From the NCBI GenBank assembly GCA_965637545.1, contig OZ281500.1:6944001-7008000 (forward strand): a stretch of DNA of 64,000 bases, read 5' to 3'. The stretch is from Phallusia mammillata (lineage: Eukaryota). Shown here one piece after another: positions 39,662 to 52,615 of this stretch. The notes under the pieces are model-generated. The model was not told the DNA's origin, searched no databases, and saw only the letters and a list, made by a program, of their open reading frames with translations. Every line of letters begins with the position of its first letter. Within the stretch, counting starts at the first letter, position 1. A program made the translations under genes and the position numbers.

Positions 39662-39894
39662 GATTGTGTCCGTGTGTGTTTGTTATGGTCTGTTCGTGGT
39701 TACAGCAGGTGTATTTTTGCCAACTTTACCAGGTTGTAGTTGCTGGACTTTTCAATTGAAGGTATACAAGAGACAGAGTGTTTTAATGCAACATTGATAG
39801 GCTGACAATATATTCGTGTGCTGCAAGTGCAAATAGAAAACAAAAATTTTCAATATTTTTGATACAGACCTTTTGAAAACAAAACATTTGGTAA

Positions 39895-40680
<786 letters not shown>

Positions 40681-42911
40681 TGAGTATTCAATGATGAATC
40701 ATTTCTTTATTACAGATCAAATAGCATTATGCCTAACTGGGTTTGGCAGCTTTTGTAACGAGTTGTGTGACAATGTTTGGTCATGCTTTGTGACGTGCGT
40801 TTCAGCACATATATGGTGAAAAATGTGTAACTTTTAATTGCCAATTTTTACACTGTAATGAAACGTTTAAACATTCTGTCTTCCACGTGTCTAGTTTTAC
40901 TTTCCACACTCTTTTATTGAATAGTTTTATAGAGCAAGCCATACATTTAAACTCACTTATATCATTTGTGTACTTCTAGTGATTCCATTTTCTGTGGTGT
41001 TTTAGACTTGACATGTGAATGAGATTATTTTACACCCTCAGTACTTTGCGTGTAGTTGTTACTTTGCCAACTTTTTTTACAGCAGTCAAGTGGTATAACA
41101 CACAGTTCTGTTTAGTAATAAGTTTACGTCAATCAATATGTGCTTTACTCATTGTTCTTCACTAACTTATGCTCGCTACACAAGTTGCTTTTCCTTGTAG
41201 AAATTATTAATTTACTAATTGTTAACTTTAACCATACCCAAATAGTTTACCATTTTTGAATATAACAGTTTCTCATGCAGATATATTATATGACCCCTAG
41301 CAATAAACATATTCGAGTCCAACTTTTTTGTTTCAGTACAGCCTTAATGTTATTTGTTGTTTTGTTTATATGTTCCACTATGGTGTTTAGCCTTACTGTT
41401 CAAAACTGTTTTATTGTTATGTAAGTTATTCACAGACATCTATTTATTTCCCAAATCAACTAAATCATTATGGCATAAAAGTTAGGTGGTGCCATATTAA
41501 GCTGACACTGTTGGACATCCAGGCTGTTGTAAGTGTTTTTCTCTTTGTTTTTGCTGTTTTTTGGCGCACTTAAACTTTGCAATAAACTTCTTTACAACCA
41601 GTGTACTGATGACTCAAAAATTGACCTACATCAATTTTATGCCTGAGAGGGTCATGCATAACAAATTGGTTGAATGCTTTAAGTCTACCTATTTCATTTG
41701 ATTGAAGTACCAAAAACCTTTCTTTTTTCTAAAGAGAAGCAAACTAGTGAACGAACGAGCTGCTGTGTTCATGTTTTAAGCAAAATTACACGACAACACA
41801 TAAGAAATAGGTGCTGGGAGAACTGAAGCACTGGCAAGCAAAACCATACAATGGGAAACACATTATAATTTATGTCTTGCATTGTGGCAAGACCAGATAA
41901 AACATGGTAATTTGGTAAGCTTTAGTTTGCAACTGCACACAAGAACAGGGTTTGACATAAAATTATTCATTGGTTGACCAGGTTTCTGCATTCTTATTAT
42001 TTCAATCTAAACAATTTTATTATCTATGACTTATACACAACAAGCAATTTTAAAACAAACATAAATGCATGCATTTATGCCTCTTGCTGGGCAGCTGATA
42101 TTTAAATGTACTGACTAACATTAGTTAAATATGCATGGTATTCAAGTGCATCTTTTAACTTCTTTGGGTAAAAATATAAAGCACAGGCCTTAGGTGTAGA
42201 AATAGGTTTTAAAAATAAAAAGTGTATCAGATTGTTGTGGTTTATGGAGTTTAAAGTCTTCTATGAACGTGAAGATTGTGTACACAGTGACACCATACAG
42301 ACACATTATGCGTACCACCAGTTGCAAGACAATGACAGGAAAATGGATGGACAAAAACTTACAGAAACTTTTTACAGGATACTTAAAAGATAAAAACTTT
42401 TGGACCATACAGTGTTTCGTACATGATACAATGGAAGCTATGGGCTAATGATGTTACCAGTTCAGTACCATTACAAGTAAATATTACTAAACTTATCCAT
42501 GCAAATACAAAAATATTTGGTATAGTTCAGGTTGGAAAGACATGCAATATCATTGTTATCTGATTGAAAATCCCCTTAAAATCGCAAGTGCACACTAAGG
42601 AAGCAAACAGAGGCAGTTCCAGACCACAACAGGATTTGAACTGTAGCTGTCAAAAGCTAATTAAGCACTTGCATCTGCACGCAGAAATAATAAAAAAATA
42701 CACCACACATAAACTGTACAGAAGTGTTCAAAAGCATGGAGACACAGACAAGTTCAACAAATGCATAATACTGAACAAATGATTGCATTTTCCCAATAGA
42801 TGAAACTCTTGTTATGCAGCAAAACAAAATTTTGTCTCTGTGTGTAATGAAAAATCAGGCAAACAACAGTGAAATACTGCCAGTGGAAGCTGTTGATTTG
42901 AAGTGGATTGC

Positions 42912-45900
42912 TTATTGCTTGATCTCTGATGACTTTGGGCTGGATGGAGTCATTGGTGTTGTAATACGAGATGAGGGAGCTGACCCATATTCACGTGACA
43001 GCTAAAACAGAGAGACAGAAAAAAATATCACACACAGTTCCATCCACTGCAAATTGGCTAAACAGATAATGTTACATGTGTTTATGTCCAAACAAAACAC
43101 TTTATTTATTTTGTTCTTACTGGCAGTTCATCAGGTCTGGAAGTCTTCTTTGTGGAATGAGTTCTTGGTGGCTTGGGAATAAGGTTGGGCTCAAACTGGG
43201 CACGTCTCACAACATTTCGATCAAGCGAGTAGGGTTCCGCACTAATCACAGGTGGGCGGGCAGGCATGGATAACGACCGAGAATAGCGACTTTCTGATGT
43301 TGCTGCTGTTTCATTTTGTGAAAAGGATTGTGGTTCAGTGAGCACCACATCCATGTAATCACCGAAATGGTGCACCATTGACTGGCTGTGGGCAGGTCTG
43401 TCATTATGACCAACAGGTAAAGTTTCTGTTGAAAAAGCATTGGACATGGTTATAGTGAGTAGGACATTTGCATCATAAGATTTCTTTATAACAGTGTGCT
43501 GAGATTTTTTCTGTCGCACTGTTACCTTGAACTTGTGGTGAGTCTATCCCAGTTGCATTGCTATTGTTGATATTGTGATTTGCCTGTTAAAGTAAACACA
43601 CATAATGTTTGATTTTTTTCAATCACTGATTAAAATTGATAAAAGTCAGTGGTTCTCAAACTTTTGAAGCATGCGGCGCATTAAAGAACTAAAATTTTCT
43701 TCCGCGGCACACTTCGCAGATACACATAACAAAAGTTGTTCAAAAAAGCTTAATTTTCAACTTTATTGTGGTGGGTAAGGACATGTTCTTAGCAATAACA
43801 AAAATAGGAGCTTTGAAATGTTTTCATGCACAACTGTATTTCTTTATGAAGTTTAATAACACCAGAGAACATTCGCACTTTAAAATAGGAAAGATTTTGT
43901 GGCACAGTTGGGAATCTCTCATGGCACACAGTTTGAGAATCACTGATGTAAGTACACAGAAAATTAAATTGATACAAAATCTGGTAAAAGGAAATGTCCC
44001 TTACTTCTTGTTCATCAACTTCTACTATCACGTCCACTGATTTGCTTGGGACTAGCAAACTAGAACCTGCAGCTGGTGACTCCACTCCGAAACCTGTTGG
44101 TAACACTTTGTGTTCAACCATTGAAAAGTTATGATCACTACACATATATCTTGAAGGCAAAAGCAATGGCTTACTTGAACCGGACTCAGAAAATGAATCC
44201 ATCCTGGCCAAAGGAGCCACAACCGGTTCGTCACCAATATTTTCAGGTACTGTAGCCCTTAAAAAATAACACACACTTTCCCTAAGCTTGTAGGTTATTC
44301 AAATTTGCCACATAAATAAATTTCAAGACAAAGGTAGTACATTTAAACATTTTGCACATGATTAAACTTGATTTTTCTTGTTTTATTCCATTAATATTTG
44401 TCTACAAGGAAGCAAAAACACAAAATCTGACATCTGTGGGTTATTGCCAATTAAACCACAAATAGTGGCATTCATAACTGCCTTTAAAATACCTTTGTTC
44501 TGGACTTTGATGAAGAGGTATATTCTCAAAACCATGATCTATATTTGCAGCAGGGGGCTGCTCAATGACGGGTTCCTATGACAACACATGTAAGTAGAAT
44601 TTTGTTTTATTTTGTGGAAAATTTAGGTACAATGATCAAAGTGACCACCTTTGGGTTTTCAGCCAAGTCACTTCTTCTGCTTTTTCCATTTCTTGTGAGC
44701 CCACCAACTGGCAATGTTTCAGACTCTGTGTATTTTCGAGAGTCAGCAACTATCTGGGATTGCTTGATAACCTGAAAAAAAAATGCCAAGTAAGTGATTT
44801 GCAGTGGTTGTGTCAGAAGTTCAAGCTACAAATGTGCAACTGTTGCATAAAAGTTACCTTTTTCATCGCCTTTAACAATTCGTTCGGAAAATGGTGGACA
44901 ACCATTTTATGTGAAATTAGGAGTTCATTGAAATCATTTCTGTTGTCTGATTCAATGGCAAAGTATTTGTTCCTTTCAGAAGGCCTACAACATATTTTTA
45001 CCATCATGAAAATTTACTTGGTTGACTGAAATATTTAGTGATCTAATGGAGTAACTTTTAATTTGTATTGGTCATATTAAAGAAATTCAATTAAGGACAT
45101 TATTGTATTACTGTATAAATATCTATGACATATTAGAGGCAAAAACTTGGGAAAATGAATGAAAGGATTGTATTTCAAAAAACAAAGTCATATTTGCTGT
45201 CTGTTGCACATACTATTTTTTTGACACTTTTCTTCACAAAAAGATGAATTTTAACATTTTTCACTTTGTCAGTTTTTTTTGCTTGGTGCTTTCATAAAAA
45301 TAAAAAAATGCTGTAGCTACTTGGAGCAGAAGTTTTGGTCTTTGGTTGGTTTTCTGTACACAATATGAATGATTTTCCCGGGAGGATAAAGATCCTCACT
45401 ACAGCTGGTGTCAGAGCAGGATTCAGTTAGATTGTCTCCTGGATGATCCACAAGATTCCTCTCTTCCTCCATTGGCTAAAAAATACATAAAATAAGTTTT
45501 TTTCCAACACATTTATCTTTAATGTAAAAAATTCCAATGATAATACATTCTGTATGTAAGCGAACTGTCAACTTGATGTGCCTACCTCCTATCACGTAAC
45601 CACAAAAATGTTGCACATAATGCAGTGGTAACAAAATCAAATCAACCTACCACAGCATGCTGCAAAAGCTTATGCCTGCTTTGTGTTGTATGGACAAGGT
45701 TTCCCAATATTACTCGATACTGAAAAACAAATTATCAGCATTTTAAAAGTGCAACAAAACTAAGCTAACTTATGGTACCTTGGGCAAAGATGTAGCTTTT
45801 AGCAAGGAGGTAATTTCATTTCTCAATCTTTCCAATTGCACAATGCCTGTCCTGGTGATCATGTCCTTTCCCAAGACAGCAGTATTTATGTAGTGCTTTG

Positions 45901-48900
45901 AACCCTCCATGGCTGCCAAACTGCCATGAATAGAAAACAAATAAAACATGCTTAAAAAACAACAGCCATAAAATGCTTCAAACAGTTTATGTAGCAAAAA
46001 ACACTAATTTGTTAAACTTTCGAACTGGCGATCCCCTACTATGAGGCTGACATGTGCAGTATACAAGCAGGGTTCCCGCGCAATTTTTGTTTATAAATTC
46101 CATGACTTTTCCAAAATTTTTCAAGAAAAAAACCCCGAATTTTCATAACCTTAATCGACAAAAATCGAGCAATTCCCATAGTAAAACTAGAAAAAAGACT
46201 TTGGTATATGTAGCCAATTTACCATACTTGCAACGAATATATAAACGTTACGTAATTTGAAATTCCTATCTCTATCTGGCATTTTCAGGCGCCAAATTCC
46301 ATACTTTTTCAAGGACTTTTGCAAAAGTTGGGTTTTTTCAAAACTTTTCCAGGCCTTAAAAATACAAATTTAAATTCCATCACCTTCCCAGGCTTTCCAT
46401 ACCCGCGGGAACCCTGTACAAGGCAGGCAATGGTACTTGTGATTCAACTTTTGGCAGTTTCTCCACTGAGCCTATGTAGCTCAGTTGTGTGAGTGTGAGT
46501 CCTGGAAAGATCCAGTCATGGGTTTGAATCCCACCTCTAGCCTGCGCCTTGCCATATGGGAATACTTGGGAGACACATAGGCCTGGCATACTATGATGTT
46601 AATCTTTATGGAGCATCTTTCAAAAATTCACATGTTGCAAAGCTGGTAATTATCAGGGGTTATAGTTTTAGTACCAAGCTTCTGAAATCTATCCATCGAG
46701 TGTGAAAAAACTTCTCCTCATAAAAAAAGAGAACTAAGCCAGTTCAGTAACGCGTAAGTATGTGCCACATTGCAAAATATCTGCTTCATTACCCCAGCCT
46801 AGTAACCTGCTTTCTCACCTTAGTAAGCCGCCAGGTGGTGAATATGCATAACATATGAGGTGTGGATATCGCCTTTTGAGTGAAATCGATAAAATGACAG
46901 CAACCCCAGCACCAAGCGAATGACCTGCCGATACAAAGTTTTGTGTGAACAATTGCCTTATTTAGAGAAAGGTATAAATTTTGCAGCAACTTTACCTACG
47001 ATCACCAGTTGGTAATCCCTTGTCCCCCGTGATAAATCTCTGCCAAAAGCTTGTGACAAAATCATTTCCTCCTCAAGTAACTGTTGTCTGATATAGATTG
47101 CCCCTTGCACAATACCCTAAATATAAATCATCATTCATACAGGGTGCAGGGGTGAAATGTGTTGTGTTTGGCCATAAAGTGGTGCATCTCATGTTATTGC
47201 TTCATGTCTGGCTGAGTACATCCAGACTGTTACCACAAATAATTCGGCCAACTTCATTTGAACTTTTGCTCACAACATTATGACGTACTGCAGATTTTGA
47301 TCAATAACATTTTTCAGAAGTGAAGCACATAAAATTGAAATTGGTAAGTTTCTTAGTGTACTGGCATGATATTTTATTTAACTAGCATGGGAATGCTCAG
47401 AAAAGAGTGTTCAAACCTTATGTGCCTTCCACGAAGAATCGCATTCTGGTATTTGCATGGGTGTAGCCACAATATCAGTCAATGCATCGATGTCACTCAA
47501 AGTTCCTCTGATAGTCACAACAATGGATTTCATTTTGTGATCAACAGCAACAAAGAATGGCTGCTTGTATAGCTGAAGCATAAACACATTTTTTTAACTG
47601 TTGTGTTTTTTTTAAAAAAACAGAAAAATGCTAGAAACCAAATTTTTTTGGCAAACTTTGGATCATAGAAAACAAGTTAAAATGGATTGATACTGAAGAA
47701 TTACTCCTCAAAAATAGAATTTGGTTACCTTGGGATAAAACACTACAACTGCAAACAGTGACCAAATTAAGTTTAAGCCACTTCATCATAAAGCACTTAC
47801 ATCATTGTTCCATGACACATACACAAGATCAACATCTCCCCTCAGTCCGTTCTCCAGCATGGTTTTTCTGATTGCAGATGTGCGCCATTCACAGCAGGTG
47901 TCCTTTCGTATAGTGGCTGAAGCAAATGGCCTATGATGGTTGGATGTAGCAGGGCAGCACGATGTTCTATCAGCCCCACACCTGCCCATGCATCAGGTTT
48001 TTATTGTGTTTTACATGCAACATGTGAGGAATATGGCTTTAAACTGTAAATGTCATTTAGTGCAATGACTGACATGTCCAACAAGATTATGACAAAAAAA
48101 GACAAGGTTGACATGTCAAATAGATGTGGCACGTAAGAACCACTGACACTAATATATGGACCCTATGACATGTATTTCAGTTCTTTAATAATGCATATGC
48201 ATGACATGGAAATCCATGCACTCATTAATGTAAGCAACCTTTTCAGTTACAAAAAAATAAATTTTCACATGCAGATCGTAGCATTTGATAATGATCATAT
48301 TACAGGAACATGTCATACATGCATTCTTCCATGAGGTAGCAGACTCCACAGGCCATGTGCGAGTACATGTACATGAGAGGGCCGTAAGATGCCACAGCAT
48401 ACTGGCAGTAGTACGTCATCACACTAAATTCATGGGCTTCAGTCTGAAATATCCAAGTTTGATATTACTGACACTGAATGAACACTTTTATTGGCAAAAT
48501 ACAAGGTCTGGGGAAAAATGATTCGATGTAACAAACCTGGTTGGAATGATCCATAAATATGGTATTTTCAGTGATTGGCCGGCCACACATATATTCCTTG
48601 ATTGGGTTGTCATCCTGTAAATATCAATGATCAAATTGAATATCAAGACTGGTTAAGACATGCACACCTTTTGACAAACAAAATTTACAATTTAAAGTAT
48701 AAATAAATGTTTTTGCTGTTGCACTACATTTTTTTCTCGGCTCTTGGCTTATATTCACTAGGGTTTGCAATGTGAGGCACATAGGAAATCCCACCGATTT
48801 TTGTATTTCCTCTTGAGAGCGTTGTTGTTTGTGACGCAGAAGAATAAAGCCAGCTACAATGTCTGAAGGAACAAGGTCCTGATTTCGGAAAAAGTCACCA

Positions 48901-51780
48901 AATATGCGAGCAACATCATCAAGGGCTGCCTAAATCGAATAAGAAATCAGGTAAGTCAAGTTGATTGTGGAAACCTACTGGATTGGTGGTAAGAATCAGA
49001 GACCAAAATGTGACTTAGCAATGCAGCTTTGACAAATCTACATTGATTGATTTAGTTTAATACTTTCAATCAAATCAACATAGTTAAATGCATGTTATGA
49101 CCCTCCATAACTTTAGCACAATTGAAAAATATTTGTCAGCTACCCTGCATGCCCCATATCAATATCAAACCAGAATACAATAGTTATGTACCAGTTTTTT
49201 TTAATGCTATGGTAAGTATTTCATTGTGTCCTTTTCTCATACATGACTTACCCACAAAAATTGTCATATCAATGCATACAAAGCAAAAGCAATGGAGCAT
49301 GAAAGGCATGATCAACTTATTTATTGACATGGGCATTTATATAATTAGCTAGCAGACAAATTTTATTCCAATTGTGGTTATAATTTGAAAATCTCATGGT
49401 TGATTTTGATAACAAAGTAGCAAACCAAAAAGAAGAAAAGATATTCATGTGTTATATATATATTGTTTTTGTAAACTTTTGAAACAACACATATCACCAA
49501 CCTTGGCATTCGAAGAGCCAAGGCGGCAACAAAAACATTTGGCAAAGGCCCCTTTCCAAAATTGTTGCCTCTTCTGGTTTAGTTCAGATCTAAAAAATCA
49601 CGAGTTTAAACAATTGGCAACATGCAGCAACAATCGCGTTTATTGCAGTTATTGAAATTTTGATCAGTTAGCTAAATAATTCGGTCCAAAAAGAAAATTG
49701 TGACGGTACATAATTACTATTACCCTTTGAGAGTGGACTTTTGCACTCTGATTACAAAATTCCCACCAATCAAGAACAGAGCACGATGAAGGTTATTTAA
49801 TTAATATCAGTCGAGGACACTCTCGGAAGTACGTCATTGTAGTACATCATAAATTATTTTTATAAAATGCCACATACACAGCTACAAACATTGAAAAAAA
49901 AAAATTATCTGACATCTTAATGCTGATATGACTAAGTAATTGAATTATTGGTGGAGTTTTGCATTTAAGTTTATATATATTGGAAGCAGTAAATTGATTT
50001 AATAACTTAATCCTACCTCATGTGGTTTATGTTAGTACTTGAAGAGCGCTCATTGACAGCTTTTTCAAATCGGTAAAATGAACCGCCAGAAGAATCAAAG
50101 GTGCAGAAGGCAGTGAGAATGACAATAAATATAACAACGGCATTCACACCAACAATAGCTAAATACAAAAAAAACAGACTGCTATTTTGGATGACTAAAA
50201 GCCCATAGGACCGATTTGGCCTGAGGCAAGTTTATTTCTAAACAAACCCCTCTGTGACTAATAGTTTGTCCAAATACAACATATGTGTGCTATTTAAACA
50301 ACAGTGAACAAAAATCGAATTATTTATTTAGACATTGAAAAAAAATTTGCAGTTCTTTTGCAATTTTTCAACATGGTGGCAGGGTTACATGTAATTTGAA
50401 TTTATATGTCTGTTTTGAACACCAAACAGTGCTCATAGATTCACTAGCATTTTGCACATCATTTTAAAAACAGCAAATACATTTTCTTATACATTTCTAA
50501 ACAACAAAGATATATACATCTCAAAGTGTTCATTAAATGTTACTACAAAAAGAGTTTTTAGGACATAGCAGTTGAGGCCACTGAGTCACATATAGGTTTC
50601 TTACACTAAATGGAAATCATGTAAACCATGAATTAAATGCAAACAATGAAAAAACAAAACCATTATTACCAGCATGAACATCATACAACTCCCTCAGTGA
50701 CTCACAAGCTTTCCAAGTTTGAGTGAGTTTAACTGCCACAAATATAGTGTATGCCACTTCAACTAAGCCCAAAACTGAAAAAGCAATTGTATGTACATTA
50801 ACACAAAAAAAACTGTTTAACAAATGCTGTTACCAGATACAACAATTGACTACAAATAGTTTGGACAATTTAATGCATGTCTACTTAACTTACCTAATCT
50901 CACATAAATCACATATTGCAAAGGCTTTCTAGGCTGTGGGTTCATGATTGTTCCTTGCATGCTGAATCCAACAATTACGATTTCTATCAGCTTTAAACAC
51001 AAAACAAAAATAAAACATTTAAAGTTGAAATTATACGTCCAGCTTAGAAACCAACCACAGCAGTTATAAGTAATCCCAAATATCCAAATGAAAAATCTCG
51101 AATTTCTATTGCACAAGTGGCTTTAATTATGTCTGATGCATTGGCATTGAGCATTTCCATTTCTTCAACATTAAATTCTGCTCGTTGAAGGTCAGAACTG
51201 GTCATCAGATGAACAGCAATCACAATAAATCTGAAACAAACAAATACAGAACAAAATGCTTTCACATAAAGTACAGTTTATCTAAACTGGCAAGAAACAC
51301 ACCATATATATTGTTTAAAAAAAACTTTAGGAATTCCATTGCTACCATGTCATTTATCCCATTTTATATAAAATTATAAAATATTTTTCCATCTCCATGG
51401 CTTAATATATATAGATCAGTGGTACTCAAACTTTTTTATTGTTGGGGCCAAATGGCAGTTTTTTAAGTGTGTAGGGAACCGCAAAAAAACGAAACCTTGA
51501 GAAAATCAATAAAGATTATTACTTTGAAAGCTAAAATAGCAATGTTTGGTGGTTTTCTGAGGTCTGGTGCAAGCCGCAATATAAGTAGTTGGGAGCCGCA
51601 TGCGGCCCCGAAAACCGAGTTTGAGAACCACTGATATAGATTAAACAAGCTGTCTGCAGATGTACAAATAAACTAAAAAACTTACAATATTAAATGTATC
51701 ATTCCCATCATGAAACTTGGAATAACCAAATCATCGCTGCCAGTCTCCCACCTTCTTTTGAAAGCAACCAAACCTGGCAT
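42912..51780 (-). CDS. DAGLA: sn1-specific diacylglycerol lipase alpha (2-AG synthase), ~20 exons
   Basis: Starts MPGLVAFKRRWETGSDDLVIP (51780). Also SMQGTIMNPQPR, FFRNQDLVPSDIVAGFILLR, VVTIRGTLS, EMILSQAFGRDLSRGT, catalytic GHSLGAG (Ser at 46919-46917), AYSPPGGLL, VLGKDMITR, LYPPGKIIHIV, ISHKMVVHHFP, and the alpha-specific tail RAQFEPNLIPKPPR. Last exon 43001-42912. Confidence 0.95.
43647..43945. mobile_element. hAT-type MITE in a DAGLA intron
   Basis: TIR cagtggttctcaaact / agtttgagaatcactg; degenerate 8-bp TSD ataaaagt / atgtaagt. Confidence 0.85.
46068..46416. mobile_element. MITE with 6-bp TSD in a DAGLA intron
   Basis: 13-bp perfect TIR cagggttcccgcg / cgcgggaaccctg; TSD tacaag on both sides; internal ttcca(t/g)..cttttc repeats. 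Confidence 0.9.
46470..46542 (+). mobile_element. tRNA-derived SINE head (decayed)
   Basis: A-box-like tagctcagttg (46477) and B-box-like gggtttgaatccc (46520) at tRNA spacing; no intact cloverleaf. Confidence 0.5.
51417..51633. mobile_element. hAT-type MITE in the intron after the first DAGLA coding exon
   Basis: TIR cagtggtactcaaact / agtttgagaaccactg; perfect 8-bp TSD atatagat. Confidence 0.9.
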
Positions 51781-52615
51781 ATTTGTCTTTTGTGTTCCTC
51801 CTCTTTAAAATGTGTTAGCAGTACAGTGGTAAATGAGGTCTGGGTGGACTTCAAGTATTTTAGCATAAATTATCTGCATCATGTAATGCACAAATCTGCA
51901 CTGGCCAGGTGGGCCACAATGCACAGCAAGCACTGCAAAAGTGAAGAGCCTAAAAATGTGATCCTGGCAGCTGTAGCTGATTGCCGAAAACAAACCCAAA
52001 TGGTAAAATCTTTTTTCAATTTGTAAACAGGTTTGGCAAATAGCGCTTTACTTGCTAAATTACTGATCTAAATAAAGGCAAACTATAAAGTTTAATTTAA
52101 TATCTGTCACGTTTAATTTAATATCTGTGCACTTTAAAAGGCAATGGGAACATCACAAAAACAACATCCAAACCCAAAGGAACAAAACAACAAAAGCCGA
52201 TTTCGTCGCTTCACTCGATACATACGCTTTGCGATTACGACACGCATGATTGCATTTACGGAGAGATGATGTTGCCACAATTTTGGTTCGAAAAAGGCTT
52301 GCTGAAAAACCACACCGCCTTGAAAGGCATCTTTGAAGCATTCCCAAGTCAATTACAGACCATGAGATAAAGATAAAGTAACTGCTTCAAAACAGGGTTG
52401 TGTAAGTGTCCAAAAACTCACATAAACGTTGGTTCGGCTTTGGGCTAGTTTCAAAATTCATCAACTACAGTTCTATAAAAACTCAAGTAGCAACATATCG
52501 CCTGTATTGATCGCTCAAGTGGCGATTGATGATACAAGCACGTGCGTTACCATAACTGCTTATTATCAGAGCACTGACAACAAAATACCTAGTCTTTACG
52601 TTTTGCTTAGAAAGT

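Noticed and set aside
46380-46589. ORF beginning MPGLCV, similar to the DAGLA start, and a tRNA-like segment
   Set aside because: Similarity is limited to four residues. The segment is antisense to a SINE-like head inside an intron, has no cloverleaf, and the flanking DAGLA exons join in phase without it.
52090-52131. 21-bp tandem duplication gtttaatttaatatctgt(c/g)
   Set aside because: Two units of AT-rich sequence; ordinary slippage, not a CRISPR-like array.
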